The position numbers were made by a program, and so were the translations under genes. The notes below the pieces were generated by a model. That model did not search any database and was not told the origin of the DNA. It worked only from the letters and a program-made list of their open reading frames with translations. Positions 50,330 through 61,501 of a stretch of DNA of 64,000 nt are shown one piece after another; position 1 is the first letter of the stretch; each line of letters opens with the position of its first letter. The stretch is from Candidatus Marinacidobacterales bacterium. Lineage in GTDB: Bacteria > Acidobacteriota > Vicinamibacteria > Marinacidobacterales > SMYC01. The stretch spans positions 6,528,001 through 6,592,000 of the forward strand of contig OZ250169.1 in assembly GCA_965237955.1 (NCBI GenBank), read 5' to 3'.

Positions 50330-51277
50330 CTAGCGGGCATTCATCAGATCGATGGCAAAACCCCACACCGCTTCCGGGGAAGCCCCCGCACTGGCGATGT
50401 GGACATAGGGTCCGCGGGGAGCCCATTGGGTAGGATCGGTGGCGCGGAACAGAGCGACCGTAGGAGCGCCCACGGCCGCCGCAAGATGGCTCACCCCGGA
50501 ATCGTTCCCGACGAAGACGGCACAAGCAGCCACAACGGCGGCGAGCTCCTCGAGCGGGAGCTCGCGCGAGAGACGACCAGGCACGAGGCGCGCAAGGTCA
50601 GACACGACGCTCTCGTCCGCCTCACCCTGAATCCAAACGACGTCGAGCCCAGCCGCACGCGCAAGCCGGGCCAGCCCCTCGAAGTGCTCCGATGCCCAAT
50701 TCTTGCTCGCGCTCCCGCTCGACGGATGTATCGCCACGAACTTCGGCGGGAATCCGGTAATGCCTTCGCGGATTTGGATGCTCGGCAACGGTGCTGGCCC
50801 GTTGATCCCTAGCGGTTCGAGGGCCTGCATCAGGTGGTCGCTCGCGTGAACCCCGTCGGGGGGCAGAGGAGTCGACTGGATGAGCTCGATCCCGAGCCCC
50901 TCCAACTTCGCCGCCAAAAGAGGCATCCGCGACCACGCCACCACCCGATCGAATCCCCCGAGAAAATCAAGAAGCTCCGCCTCTTCGGCACCATCCTGAA
51001 AGAGCGCACCGAACATCGCCCGATCGACCGAATGGGTCCGAACAGCGAGTCCAGGCCCAAGCGCAAGCTCAACGTAAGGAGCCGTCCCCACCACCTCGAC
51101 ACGAGCCGCCCTGCGACTAAGAGCCGCGATCGCAGGAAGCGCAACAATCGTGTCCCCCAACGCCCCGGACCGGATAACGAGAACACGCTCCCGCTCCCCC
51201 CGCCCCCGATCGCATGCGTCACTCCGTCGCCCAACCCCCTGCCCCTGCCCGAAAGCATTCCCGCGAAATGGGCTCAT
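50330..51277 (-). CDS. glycosyltransferase family 9 (heptosyltransferase-like)
   Basis: VLVIRSGALGD, IHPSSGSASKNW, GNDSGVSHLAAA; start uncertain. Confidence 0.85.
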   Translation of the reverse strand: MSPFRGNAFGQGQGVGRRSDACDRGRGERERVLVIRSGALGDTIVALPAIAALSRRAARVEVVGTAPYVELALGPGLAVRTHSVDRAMFGALFQDGAEEAELLDFLGGFDRVVAWSRMPLLAAKLEGLGIELIQSTPLPPDGVHASDHLMQALEPLGINGPAPLPSIQIREGITGFPPKFVAIHPSSGSASKNWASEHFEGLARLARAAGLDVVWIQGEADESVVSDLARLVPGRLSRELPLEELAAVVAACAVFVGNDSGVSHLAAAVGAPTVALFRATDPTQWAPRGPYVHIASAGASPEAVWGFAIDLMNAR

Positions 51278-51314
51278 GCGCAGGCCTTTTTTAGTCGGGC
51301 ACGGGCGCGAAAAT

Positions 51315-52823
51315 TTACTTCCGAGCCACCAACTCGAATTGTTCTTGGTACATGTTGTGGTCGGAGCGTACGTCGACGTCACGGTGCAGCATGGACTTGA
51401 TCTCATCGAGCACGGGCGCTTCCTTGCCGCGCAAGGCCCGGGCCACCTCGGGATGCACCCGCACCGTGACGCCCTTCGGATAGTCATCGACCTTCTTGCG
51501 TACTTGGTCGACGATTTCGTAGGCGACCGTCGGCGGCGACTTGATCCAAGAGCTTCCTTGACAGGACGGGCACGGACGGCAGAGCACTCGCTCGAGCGAG
51601 CGTTTGACCCGCTTCCGCGTCAGGACGATGAGCCCAAACTCGTTGACTTGAATGCTCTTCGTCGGGGAACGATCCCTCTTCAGAGCGTGCTCCAGCGCGG
51701 CGAAGACCTTGTTCTGATTCCGGCGCTCCTCCATATCGATGAAGTCGATCACGATGATCCCGCCGAGGTCCCTCAAGCGCACCTGGTGGACGATCTCCTC
51801 GAGCGCCTCGAGATTGATGCGGGTAATCGTCTCCTCGAGCTTGCGGTCGCCGGTGTAGCGGCCGGTGTTCACGTCGATGGCGACGAGCGCCTCGGTCTGG
51901 TTGATCACGATGTAGCCGCCCGACTTCAACCAGACTTTGCTGCGGAGCGCCTTGTCGATTTCCGACTGTACGCCGTACTCCTCGAAGATGGGGTAGGTCT
52001 TCGAGTAGAACTTCACCCGGTGCAACATCTGCGGCTGGATTTGGCGCACGTAGTTCAACACTTGGTCGAAGAGCTCTTCCGAGTTGATGCGGATGGCGGA
52101 GAACTCCGGCGACAAGACGTCGCGGATAAACTTGAAGACCAAACCGAGGTCCTTGTGGATGAGTGCCGGTGCTTTCGCGTGCTCGGCCTTTTCGAGCACC
52201 TCGCCCCATTTGTTCTCCAAGTATTTCAAGTCGGCGACGATGGCCTCTTCGTCCTTCCCCTGCGCCGCGGTGCGTACGATATACCCGCCCCCGCGCTGTT
52301 TCGATTGCTGTATGACACGCCTCAGTTGTGCGCGCTCCTCGGCACTGTCGATTTTTCGGGACACGCCGATGTGCTCGACCGTCGGCATGTAGACCAGTAG
52401 GCGGCCCGGGAGGCTGACATAGGAGGTAATGCGCGCGCCTTTGGTGCCGAGAGGCTCCTTGGCCACTTGCACCAGGACTTCCTGGCCCTCTTTCAAGAGC
52501 TGGTCGATCGACTGGTTGTTGTTGTGCTTGGCGGCGCGGATCTCGCGCTCGGTCTCGACGATTTTCTCTTCTTCTTCGGTGAGAAAATCCTCGTCGTCGA
52601 TGACGTCGGACACGTACAAAAACCCGTCTCGCTCGAGACCGATATCGACGAACGCCGACTGCATGCCGGGAAGCACGCGATTCACGCGTCCCTTATATAG
52701 GTTACCGACGACGCCACGGTTCCGCTCGCGCTCGAACGCGACTTCGGAAATCACCCCATCCTCGACGATCGCGAGACGCGTCTCGAGGGGGCTGTGGCTG
52801 ATGATCATTTCTTTCGTGGACAT
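51315..52823 (-). CDS. rng: ribonuclease G/E family
   Basis: GNLYKGRV..VLPGMQSAFVDIG, KEPLGTKGAR, IDVNTG, GGIIVIDFIDM. Confidence 0.92.
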   Translation of the reverse strand: MSTKEMIISHSPLETRLAIVEDGVISEVAFERERNRGVVGNLYKGRVNRVLPGMQSAFVDIGLERDGFLYVSDVIDDEDFLTEEEEKIVETEREIRAAKHNNNQSIDQLLKEGQEVLVQVAKEPLGTKGARITSYVSLPGRLLVYMPTVEHIGVSRKIDSAEERAQLRRVIQQSKQRGGGYIVRTAAQGKDEEAIVADLKYLENKWGEVLEKAEHAKAPALIHKDLGLVFKFIRDVLSPEFSAIRINSEELFDQVLNYVRQIQPQMLHRVKFYSKTYPIFEEYGVQSEIDKALRSKVWLKSGGYIVINQTEALVAIDVNTGRYTGDRKLEETITRINLEALEEIVHQVRLRDLGGIIVIDFIDMEERRNQNKVFAALEHALKRDRSPTKSIQVNEFGLIVLTRKRVKRSLERVLCRPCPSCQGSSWIKSPPTVAYEIVDQVRKKVDDYPKGVTVRVHPEVARALRGKEAPVLDEIKSMLHRDVDVRSDHNMYQEQFELVARK

Positions 52824-53237
52824 GTTGTTCCTCGCGAGGCAGGGTCCTACTGAGGACAGCGAGGGACGACAAAGGGCGTTCCAGACTTCTAGGGCTCGAG
52901 CGAGCCTTTACGTGCACCCGAGTGAACTGGTGCCTACAGCTTCTCTGACTGGAAAAACCGTTTCCGCCAAACCAACAGAAGTCCTTTGGGGGACGCGGCG
53001 ACGTCATCGACGTCCAGCTCAACCGTCCCCGTTATTCTGGGAAAAACCCTTCGCGCTTCCCTAAAGCCGGTCCAAATCTAGGCCCAGCCTCCTTTATGTT
53101 CAAAACGGGAGGGGATCGCTTCCCCCCCAGTAAAATCAACTAAACAAAAGTCTTTAGGGCCGCTCTACAGCGTGCCCTCTACCCGCGTCATGAAATGTGA
53201 CGCTCACGTAACTCTACCATAGCTGAGCAACTTTCCG

Positions 53238-53269
53238 GCCGATGGCTGATGGCCGATGGCTGACGGCCG
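53238..53269. repeat. heptamer tandem repeat (GCYGAYG)
   Basis: About 4.5 units just past the rodA stop. Confidence 0.65.
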
Positions 53270-53272
53270 CAT

Positions 53273-54364
53273 CTAGTTCACAAATCTCCTCATCCGTACA
53301 TTGAGAATAAGTCCAAATCCGACCATCGTCGCCAGCATCGACGAACCCCCGTAGCTCATCAGCGGCAGAGGAAAACCCTTGATCGGAACCAGCCCGGCCA
53401 CCATCGAGAGGTTGTAGAGAGTTTGAAAGACGAACATCGACAGCACACCGAAGACCAGATAGATACCAAGCCGATCGCGGGCGCGCCTCGCGGTCTCTAG
53501 GCACCGCAGGGTAATAACCAGATACAAGAGGATGATCGTCACCACGCCCACGAACCCGAACTCTTCCCCCACCACGGCGAAGACGAAATCCGTGTGGGGC
53601 GTCGGTAAGAACTGAAGCTGGCTTTGCGTACCCTCGAGCCAGCCCTTGCCGGCGAAGCCTCCGGCGCCGACCGCGATCGTGGATTGGATGCTCTGGTAGC
53701 CAGCCCCTTTCGGATCGCGCTCGGGATCCAAGAAAGAGTAGATACGCTCTTTCTGGTAGTCCTTGAGCGCGAAGTTCCAGCTGAGCGGCAAAGCCGTAAC
53801 GACGACGACCGCCCCTATCATGACAAGCTTCGGGCGAACCCCGGCGAGAAGCACCATGGTCACGTACACGATGCCGATGGTCGCGGCCGTGCCCAGATCC
53901 GGCTGTAGCGCGATGAGAACGAGGGGGATGCCGACGAAAATCCCGGTAATGAGCACTTCAGATGTTCCGAGCTGGTCCTTCCTCACCGCCGCGAAATACT
54001 TGGCCAGGAAGATGACGATGCCGATCTTCGCAAGCTCGCCAGGTTGGAACGTGCCGATCCCGAGCTCGAGCCAGCGGCTGGTCCCCGCTCTGAGCCCGCC
54101 GAAAAGAACGAGATAGATCAGAAACCCGACGATGACGATGTAGAACACCTCGGCTCGATCCACGATTGTGTGGTAGTCGAAGAGCATGACCAGCCCGAGC
54201 AGACCGAGGCCAATCAAAAGGCGGGCAATTTGGCCTTTGTACAGATCCGGCGTCGGTCCGGCATGGCTCGCACTGTAGATAACGAGCAGCCCGAACCCCG
54301 CGGCAACGAAGAGCCCCAGGATGGTCAGCCAATCAATCGATTGCCATTGCCGTCTTTCGAGCAC
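53273..54364 (-). CDS. rodA: rod shape-determining protein RodA
   Basis: QPGELAK, QPDLGT, PHTDFVF, LPLMSYGGSS. Confidence 0.95.
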   Translation of the reverse strand: MLERRQWQSIDWLTILGLFVAAGFGLLVIYSASHAGPTPDLYKGQIARLLIGLGLLGLVMLFDYHTIVDRAEVFYIVIVGFLIYLVLFGGLRAGTSRWLELGIGTFQPGELAKIGIVIFLAKYFAAVRKDQLGTSEVLITGIFVGIPLVLIALQPDLGTAATIGIVYVTMVLLAGVRPKLVMIGAVVVVTALPLSWNFALKDYQKERIYSFLDPERDPKGAGYQSIQSTIAVGAGGFAGKGWLEGTQSQLQFLPTPHTDFVFAVVGEEFGFVGVVTIILLYLVITLRCLETARRARDRLGIYLVFGVLSMFVFQTLYNLSMVAGLVPIKGFPLPLMSYGGSSMLATMVGFGLILNVRMRRFVN

Positions 54365-56177
54365 GGTCCCCTCTTGGTTCGTGTTGCAGGTCGAAGTAGG
54401 CCTTCATGATCTGTTGCGCGATCGGCGCGGCGGCGCGGCCGCCACCACCACCATGCTCGACGAGCACGGCGATGGCAATCTCGGGATTGACCTTGGGAGC
54501 ATAGCCAACGAACCACGCGTGGTTTCTGAGATGCTCGGGGCGTTCCTGGTCGCGAGTCTCCGCGATGCGTTTTCGCGAGGCGACCTGGGCCGTTCCCGTC
54601 TTGCCACTGACGTCGACGCCCTTGAGGCGCGCACGGCGGGCGGTTCCGACGCCGTTCACAGCCTGGAACATCCCCTCTTGAAGCACGCGCCAGTGCTCGG
54701 CCCGGAGCCCGACCCGCCGGGTCACCGGAGTCAACGTGTCGTCCGGGAACGGCTCGGGGACTTCTCCCGCCGGGAGCTTTCTCAAAAAGAGCTTGGGCCG
54801 GTGGACGTCGCCGGACGTTCCGATGGTCGCCACCAGCTGCGCCATCTGCATGGCGGTCACGAGCACCGCGCCTTGACCGACGGCTACGGACACGGTTTCC
54901 CCGGCGTACCAGGGCTCGTTGCGCGCTTGGCGTTTCCATGCGGGGTCGGGAACCAGCCCCGACACCTCGTGCGGCAAGTCGACACCGGTCCGGCTTCCGA
55001 GCCCGAAGAGCCTCGCGTAGCGCGCGATCGTCTCGATCTGCAGCTTCGGTCCGAGCTGGTAGAAGTAGCTGTTGCACGAGCGGGCCAACGCTTGTATCAA
55101 GTTCATCCGCCCGTGTCCCCCGGCGCGATTGCAGTGGAACACATTCCCGTAGAGGCGCACCCACCCCTTGCATGTCATTTCGGTTTCGGGGGTGATGATT
55201 TCTTCTTCGAGGGCGGCCGCCGCCACGACGAGCTTGAAGGTCGAGCCCGGCGCGTAGCGACCTTGGATCGCTCGATTCGAGAGCGGGTGGGTCTTGTCGT
55301 TCATCAAAGAAACCCACTCGACGCGATCGAACGGTCTGGAGAAACTATTCGGATCGTAAGCGGGAAAACTGCCGAGCACGAGCACTTGACCGTTTCGAGG
55401 ATCGAGGGCGACGGCGGTCCCCGCCTTGTCAGCGAACGCTTCCGCCGCCGCTTCCTGCAAGTCGAGGTCGATGGACAGCTGCACCGATTCTCCCCAGACG
55501 GGCGGCACTTGCTCGAGTACCCGCTCGCGGCGACCGTGGCTATTGACGACGACGCGCTGGACGCCGTTTCGTCCCATGAGGTAGTCGTTGTAGACACGCT
55601 CGATTCCCGATTGCCCGACGTAGTCGTTGCGCCCCGCACCCTCGTACTCGTCGCTTTCGAGCTGTTGTTCGCTGAGCCGACCGACGTATCCGACGACATG
55701 AGCGGCCAGAGAGCCCGTGGGATAAAACCGTCTCGGCACGAACTGGATGTGCGCACCGGGAAGCTCCAATCGGCGCGCCTCGACACGAGCGACTTCTTCG
55801 AGAAGGATGTCTTCCTTGATGAGAGCCGGCCCAAGCCTGGCAAGGCGAAGGTATTCTTCGTCGTCGCCATCCTCGGGAAGAGCCACGAGCTCACCGAGAG
55901 ACGCCAGCGTATCCCGCCGATCCTCTTCGAGCGTGAGATTGAACGATGGCCGGTTCTCCGCGACGATGCGCCCGTAGCGATCGAGAGCGAGCCCTCGGGG
56001 CGCGCTTTCGGGAATCGGGCGCACATGGTTGGCCTGGGCTTGCCGCTCGTAGGCTGTCGAGCGGACGACCTGGAGCTGCCAGAAACGCAGTATCAACCCG
56101 GCAAAGAGCAAGATGACCAACGCACGCCACCATGCGAGCCGGCTGTGGAGCGGCCGCAGGTCTTCGTAGATATTCAT
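54333..56177 (-). CDS. mrdA: penicillin-binding protein 2
   Basis: PGSTFK, SCN, KTGTAQ; mre operon context. Confidence 0.94.
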   Translation of the reverse strand: MNIYEDLRPLHSRLAWWRALVILLFAGLILRFWQLQVVRSTAYERQAQANHVRPIPESAPRGLALDRYGRIVAENRPSFNLTLEEDRRDTLASLGELVALPEDGDDEEYLRLARLGPALIKEDILLEEVARVEARRLELPGAHIQFVPRRFYPTGSLAAHVVGYVGRLSEQQLESDEYEGAGRNDYVGQSGIERVYNDYLMGRNGVQRVVVNSHGRRERVLEQVPPVWGESVQLSIDLDLQEAAAEAFADKAGTAVALDPRNGQVLVLGSFPAYDPNSFSRPFDRVEWVSLMNDKTHPLSNRAIQGRYAPGSTFKLVVAAAALEEEIITPETEMTCKGWVRLYGNVFHCNRAGGHGRMNLIQALARSCNSYFYQLGPKLQIETIARYARLFGLGSRTGVDLPHEVSGLVPDPAWKRQARNEPWYAGETVSVAVGQGAVLVTAMQMAQLVATIGTSGDVHRPKLFLRKLPAGEVPEPFPDDTLTPVTRRVGLRAEHWRVLQEGMFQAVNGVGTARRARLKGVDVSGKTGTAQVASRKRIAETRDQERPEHLRNHAWFVGYAPKVNPEIAIAVLVEHGGGGGRAAAPIAQQIMKAYFDLQHEPRGDRARKTAMAID

Positions 56178-56187
56178 AATGGCGGTG

Positions 56188-56667
56188 TCACAGGGAGTCG
56201 AGAGGGCGCTTTTTGTCGACAAACCCTATTAACAGGATACCAGCGATAGCGTTCCCGATACACAGATAAAGCGGGGTCAGTCCCTCACCTATTACGCGAG
56301 GAAGCTCTGCCAAATGTCCGACGCCTGCCAGAATCGCCATATCTATTAGCGACATCGAGGCAAAGAACAAAAGCCGTGGCGTCCAGCTTCGTACGATCAG
56401 GTGCCGGCCGGCAATCCCGGCCAGATAGCCCACGGTGATTTTGGCGATGCCGTTGAACCCAAGGAGCCCGCCGGAGAACGTGTCCTGTATCAAACCGGCG
56501 ACCGTCCCCGTCACCAGCCCAGCGACGCGCCCTCTCACAAGGCCGAACATCGCCACGACGACGGTGAACAGATCGAGATAGGTGTTCAGAAAAGGGGAAT
56601 AGCGCCCGAGGACGGTCTGGACGATGAACGCGACCAGAAGGGCGAGAGCGACGGGTAGAAACCTCAC
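56188..56667 (-). CDS. mreD: rod shape-determining protein MreD
   Basis: Hydrophobic, GLIQD; lies between mreC and mrdA. Confidence 0.88.
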   Translation of the reverse strand: MRFLPVALALLVAFIVQTVLGRYSPFLNTYLDLFTVVVAMFGLVRGRVAGLVTGTVAGLIQDTFSGGLLGFNGIAKITVGYLAGIAGRHLIVRSWTPRLLFFASMSLIDMAILAGVGHLAELPRVIGEGLTPLYLCIGNAIAGILLIGFVDKKRPLDSL

Positions 56668-57530
56668 TCGACTCGTTCGGTGATCTCGAGCTCGCCTATT
56701 GCCGGAAGGATGAACACTTCCTCGAGACGATCGAGGGTGGCGGCAGGCTCGACGGTGATAATTTTGAACAAGCGCGGGCCGTTACGAACGGACGCTACTC
56801 GTCCGACGGCGATACCCTTGTGATAGATCCCATCGATGCCGGAAGTCACGATGGGGTCGCCTTCAGCGACGTCCTCGAGGTTGCTCACATAGTTCAGGAC
56901 GAGCCCCGTTGGGCTCGCTTGCTCGCCGCTTCCGGTCACCATCCCGCGCATCCGCGTGCGTGAGAGGAGCACCGCCACCGAGCAGTCGCGATCGGTGAGA
57001 AGCTGAATCTGCGATACAATAGGGCCGACCGAGATCACTCGTCCGACCAAACCCCCTGCGGCCACGACGGGCGCGTTGAGTTCGACGCTGCGATTTTTGC
57101 CCTGGTTGACGGTGATCGTGCGAAACCAAGCGCTCGCATCGAGCCCAATGACCTCTGCAACCACCGGCTCGTAAGGAAGACGCTCAGCGAGCTCGAGAAC
57201 ACTGCTCAACCGCCGGTAGCTCGCAACCAGGTCGCGCTCGAGCCACAGCGCCTGCTCGAATCGCGCGACTTCTTCACGTAAACGCTCGTTCTCTTCGTGG
57301 GCTCCGCGCAGGTCGATGTAGTCGTTCCACACGGAACGAACGCCCCCCATCGCCGCGCCGGCGCCCTGCTGGAGAGGCGAGAGCAGCATGACGACGAGCG
57401 AGCGCAGCGCCGAATCGCCCCGTTCGGTCGAGACTTGCGACGACAGCAACAGCGCGTGCGCCACGAGGATGAGCACGAAGAGAAAGTGCCCTCCGCGAGA
57501 GCCTAGCGGGGCGTTGACGGTGGTCGCCAT
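56664..57530 (-). CDS. mreC: rod shape-determining protein MreC
   Basis: ENERLR coiled coil, GLVGRV, VTSGIDGIY..G..VG. Confidence 0.93.
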   Translation of the reverse strand: MATTVNAPLGSRGGHFLFVLILVAHALLLSSQVSTERGDSALRSLVVMLLSPLQQGAGAAMGGVRSVWNDYIDLRGAHEENERLREEVARFEQALWLERDLVASYRRLSSVLELAERLPYEPVVAEVIGLDASAWFRTITVNQGKNRSVELNAPVVAAGGLVGRVISVGPIVSQIQLLTDRDCSVAVLLSRTRMRGMVTGSGEQASPTGLVLNYVSNLEDVAEGDPIVTSGIDGIYHKGIAVGRVASVRNGPRLFKIITVEPAATLDRLEEVFILPAIGELEITERVE

Positions 57531-57573
57531 AGCCTAAGGCCGCTAAGGTCAGACTCGAGGGAAGGCGTGCGAT

Positions 57574-58599
57574 TTAGTCCAGACACACTTTCCTGAGTAG
57601 CTTGACGTCGTCGAGCATTTTGCCGGTTCCGAGCACGACGGACGAAAGCGGATCTTCTCCCATCGACACGGGAAGCCCGGTCTCCTCTCGGAAACGTTTG
57701 TCCAGATTCTTGAGAAGCGCGCCTCCTCCGGTGAGGACGATCCCACGGTCTACGATGTCTGCCGACAGCTCGGGAGGTGTCCGCTCGAGCGCGACGCGGA
57801 CGGCGTTGACGAGGATGACGATCGTCTCTTCCAGGGCCTCGCGGATCTCTTCGTCGGTCACCAGCAGTGTCTTGGGAATACCCTCGATGAGGTTACGTCC
57901 CTTGATCTCCATCGTCATCGGTTTGTCGAGCGGATAGGCCGAGCCGATCTCGATCTTGACTTGCTCCGCGGTGCGCTCGCCGATGAGAAGGTTGTACTTC
58001 TTGCGAAGGTACTTGATGATCGCCTCGTCCATCTCGTTACCGGCGACACGGACAGAGCTGCTATAGACGGTGCCAGCCATGGAGATCACCGCGACGTCGG
58101 TGGTACCGCCACCGATGTCGACGATCATGTTCCCCGAGGGCTCGGTGACGGGAAGGCCGGCTCCGATCGCCGCGGCCATCGCCTGATCGACGAGAAACAC
58201 TTCGCTCGCTTTGGCCCGCAGGGCAGTGTCCTTGACCGCGCGCTTTTCCACCTGAGTGATCTCGGACGGGATTCCGATCACGATGCGAGGCGCAACCCAG
58301 ACCTTGCGGTTATGAGCCTTTTGGATGAAGTACGCGAGCATCTTCTCCGTGATCTCGAAATCGGCGATGACACCGTCTTTCATGGGACGGATGGCGGTGA
58401 TGCTTCCCGGGGTGCGACCAAGCATCTCCTTCGCCTCGTTGCCGACAGCCTCGACTTTCGTGGTGATGTTGTTGATGGCGACGATGGAAGGCTCGGAAAC
58501 GACGATACCCTGGTTCTTCACGAACACGAGCGTGTTGGCGGTTCCCAGATCGATGGCGAGCTCGTTGGAGAAGACGCTGAAAAGAGAACGAACGTTCAT
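57574..58599 (-). CDS. mreB: actin-like MreB
   Basis: [32 protein letters not shown]. Confidence 0.97.
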   Translation of the reverse strand: MNVRSLFSVFSNELAIDLGTANTLVFVKNQGIVVSEPSIVAINNITTKVEAVGNEAKEMLGRTPGSITAIRPMKDGVIADFEITEKMLAYFIQKAHNRKVWVAPRIVIGIPSEITQVEKRAVKDTALRAKASEVFLVDQAMAAAIGAGLPVTEPSGNMIVDIGGGTTDVAVISMAGTVYSSSVRVAGNEMDEAIIKYLRKKYNLLIGERTAEQVKIEIGSAYPLDKPMTMEIKGRNLIEGIPKTLLVTDEEIREALEETIVILVNAVRVALERTPPELSADIVDRGIVLTGGGALLKNLDKRFREETGLPVSMGEDPLSSVVLGTGKMLDDVKLLRKVCLD

Positions 58600-58661
58600 T
58601 CGACTCAGACCGAATCTACAGAGTTGAAAATCAAATTGAAATGATAGTTATCGGGTGGAAC

Positions 58662-60149
58662 TCAGGTGGCCAAGCACACCGCATCTTTACCGTGCTCTTT
58701 GACACTATACATTGCCTGGTCTGCCTTTTGCATGAGATCTTGCGGGTTTTCGCCGTGATCCGGAAACACACTCACGCCGAAGCTCGCCGACAAGCTGGCC
58801 TCGAGACCGAACTCTTCGAGAAAGGCGTGGACGTTGAGCGCGCGCCGGATGCGTTCCGCGACGGCAAGAGCACCCTCCCCATCCGTGTCGGGTAGCACCA
58901 CGACGAACTCGTCGCCGCCGTAGCGGCTGACGACGTCGTCCTCGCGCACCGCGCCGCGGATGAGGGTCCCAACCTCGAACAAGCTGCGCGAGCCGCACAG
59001 ATGACCGTGCTGGTCATTGATGCCTTTGAACCCGTCGAGGTCGAGAAACACGACGGCCAAATGGCCTTCCTCCCGGCTGGCGCGCTGGATGGCCTCTTCC
59101 AGAAAACTGTTCAGATATCGAGAATTGTACAACTTTGTGAGGTCGTCTGTCACGGCGAGGTGCTGCGTCTTCTGGAACAAGATGGCGTTCTCGAGGGCTA
59201 TGGCAGCGGGCTCCACCATCGTCAGCAGCAAGTTCATGTCCCGGCGGGTGAACCGATTCCCCGACGCGCGGTTCATGATCTCGACGACGCCGATGATACG
59301 ACCTCGAGACGTCAACGGCGCACACAAGATCGCACGCGTCTGAAACCGGGTGAGCTCGTCGAAACGGTGTTGAAACCGTGTGTCGTTCTTGACGTCGTTC
59401 ACGATCGTGGGCTCGTCCGTCTGCGCGACCCAGCCGGCCACGCCTTCGCCCATCTTGATGCGCGTCGTCGTCAGGTCCGCCGCACCTTTTTCGCCGAGCG
59501 CCATCTCGAACGTCAGGTCGCCGGTCTCTTCGTCGACGAGAAGAATCGACCATGCTTCCGACGGAATGAGCTCCTGGATCTGCGACATGATCACGTTGAG
59601 CACGCGCCGGGGCTCGAGAATCGAGTTCGCAGTCGAGACGATGTCACCGAGCACTTGAAGCCGCCGCGAAGTCTCCCGGAGGCGTCGGGAAAGCTTCGAA
59701 GCCTTACGAGTCGCTTCGAGGTGGCGTTGTGCGTCGCGAACGAGCGATCGAAGAACGCCTTTTCTGGGGACCTCGCTCAGGTGGAGTGCATAGACCGAGC
59801 GCGCGTCGGGCTCTCGACCGTTCGTCGACGGACCCAAAACGATCAGGGGGACGCTCGGGTTCGTCTTGCGGAGCCAGCGGATGAGCCCGTTGGCGTTTTT
59901 AGCGGCGGGGCGTTGCTCGACGATGATGGCATCGTACGGCTCGGCAACCCAGTCGGCCTTGGTGAAACTGGATGGGTCGAACCGCGTGAGCTCGACAGTT
60001 TCACTAGGGCCACTGGACGAAGACAGCGATCGGCTCAGCTTCGAAGAGTCGCTGAAAAGGGCAAGACGAAGTCTCTTCTTGGATGATCTCCCGGCCCGAC
60101 GATTCTTGCGGGTGCCGCGGTTGGTTTTCTTGCCGGTTGTTGCTGGCAC
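58662..60149 (-). CDS. GAF-GGDEF diguanylate cyclase
   Basis: GAF domain, DDLTKLYN, SRYGGDEF; degenerate receiver-like N-terminus. Confidence 0.92.
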   Translation of the reverse strand: MPATTGKKTNRGTRKNRRAGRSSKKRLRLALFSDSSKLSRSLSSSSGPSETVELTRFDPSSFTKADWVAEPYDAIIVEQRPAAKNANGLIRWLRKTNPSVPLIVLGPSTNGREPDARSVYALHLSEVPRKGVLRSLVRDAQRHLEATRKASKLSRRLRETSRRLQVLGDIVSTANSILEPRRVLNVIMSQIQELIPSEAWSILLVDEETGDLTFEMALGEKGAADLTTTRIKMGEGVAGWVAQTDEPTIVNDVKNDTRFQHRFDELTRFQTRAILCAPLTSRGRIIGVVEIMNRASGNRFTRRDMNLLLTMVEPAAIALENAILFQKTQHLAVTDDLTKLYNSRYLNSFLEEAIQRASREEGHLAVVFLDLDGFKGINDQHGHLCGSRSLFEVGTLIRGAVREDDVVSRYGGDEFVVVLPDTDGEGALAVAERIRRALNVHAFLEEFGLEASLSASFGVSVFPDHGENPQDLMQKADQAMYSVKEHGKDAVCLAT

Positions 60150-61501
60150 GCTACCTTACGAACGGAAAGATGGGTGTTTCTCGGGAGCACTGACCCTACG
60201 GCGCTTGCTTGGGGAGTCCGCGGACGCGCGTCCTGGCCCGGCCGCGAGGACATCGCTCACGGTCAATCGGTTCCTATCTCTGCGTAGACCGTCTTCTCCG
60301 CTACGCCTCCTCCGTCTCTTCTCCGCGCTTTGACGATCACGGGGTGCTTGCCCGCACTCCGGACGAGAAACCGATAAGTGAACGAGCCATCGCCCTTCAC
60401 GTGGACGCGGTCATTGCCCATGCCGTGGTCCACGGTGACGAACACGCCCGCATCCGTGCGCCCCTGCAGCGTCACCAGGCCATCGAGCGCGACCGAAGGC
60501 TTGAAGACCGTGAGATCCGGTGGTGTCGATTGCTCGACGTGTAGCCTGACGGTGAACTTCGCGAACTCGCTGGGTGCTCCCGCCCGGTTATCTCGGTCGA
60601 TCGCCGTCACCTGCCAGTAGTAGGTGCCGGGATCCAAACCCTGATGCAGAACCGTTACCCCGGGAACATTACTCTCGAGGATGGGGTCTCGAAAGTTCGG
60701 AGAGCGATCGAGCACCACATTGTATTTACGAGCGCCATCGACTGGATGCCACTTGAACTCCATCGTGTTGCTGCGCTCGACGATATCCAAGTTGGCCGGC
60801 GTGACCAGAGAAGGCACACCGGGAAGCTCGATGACTTTGGAGAATCGACTATCCGCCATCACATCGACGGCCTGGGCCGAACCCAGGTTGACCTCGGTGT
60901 CACCCGAACGCACCGCCGATCCGCCGCGGAGAATCGTGAATCCTGACACGCGGCTCGCGCTGTCGAAGCTGACGTCGGCGGTGGTGCTTTCTTGGAAGCG
61001 AGCCTGAGACGTCGGTGTCGACAAGTTCGACCGCGAGCCGGGAACGTCGTGGCGCGGGGTGTTCAAACTCACTTGCCCGGAAGCGAGCTTCACCGACACG
61101 TGTTTCGCTTTGGTGTCCGGGTCTTCGTACGCCTCCTCGATCACGAGAATCGACTCGGACTTGACAAGGTATTCGGTGCCGTCGAACAGGCGGACGCGAG
61201 CGCTCGCGCCTCCGACGGTGCGGATGGTGTCTTCGCGCGAGAGCGCCATACCCATGCTGGCGTTGGCCCACTCGTAAGTGCCCGCTTTGCGGACCTTCAC
61301 GCTGCCGTTGAGATCCAGAAACCGCGCGCTCCTGTCCATCTCCGGATTCGCCTCGGCGACGGGCTTTTCGCCAGGATCGACGAAGATTGCATAATAACCG
61401 TACGCGCCCGCCGCGGCCAGTCCCAACAGTGCAAGTGTTTCGGTTCAGCTGGAACATGACAGTCCTGAAGTTAAAATACGCACATGGAAAAAGGAGCTGT
61501 C

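Noticed and set aside
679-60086. Long antisense or overlapping ORFs (e.g. 679-2547, 13312-14925, 54321-56249, 59001-60086)
   Set aside because: They are shadows of well-supported genes in GC-rich DNA and carry no motifs.
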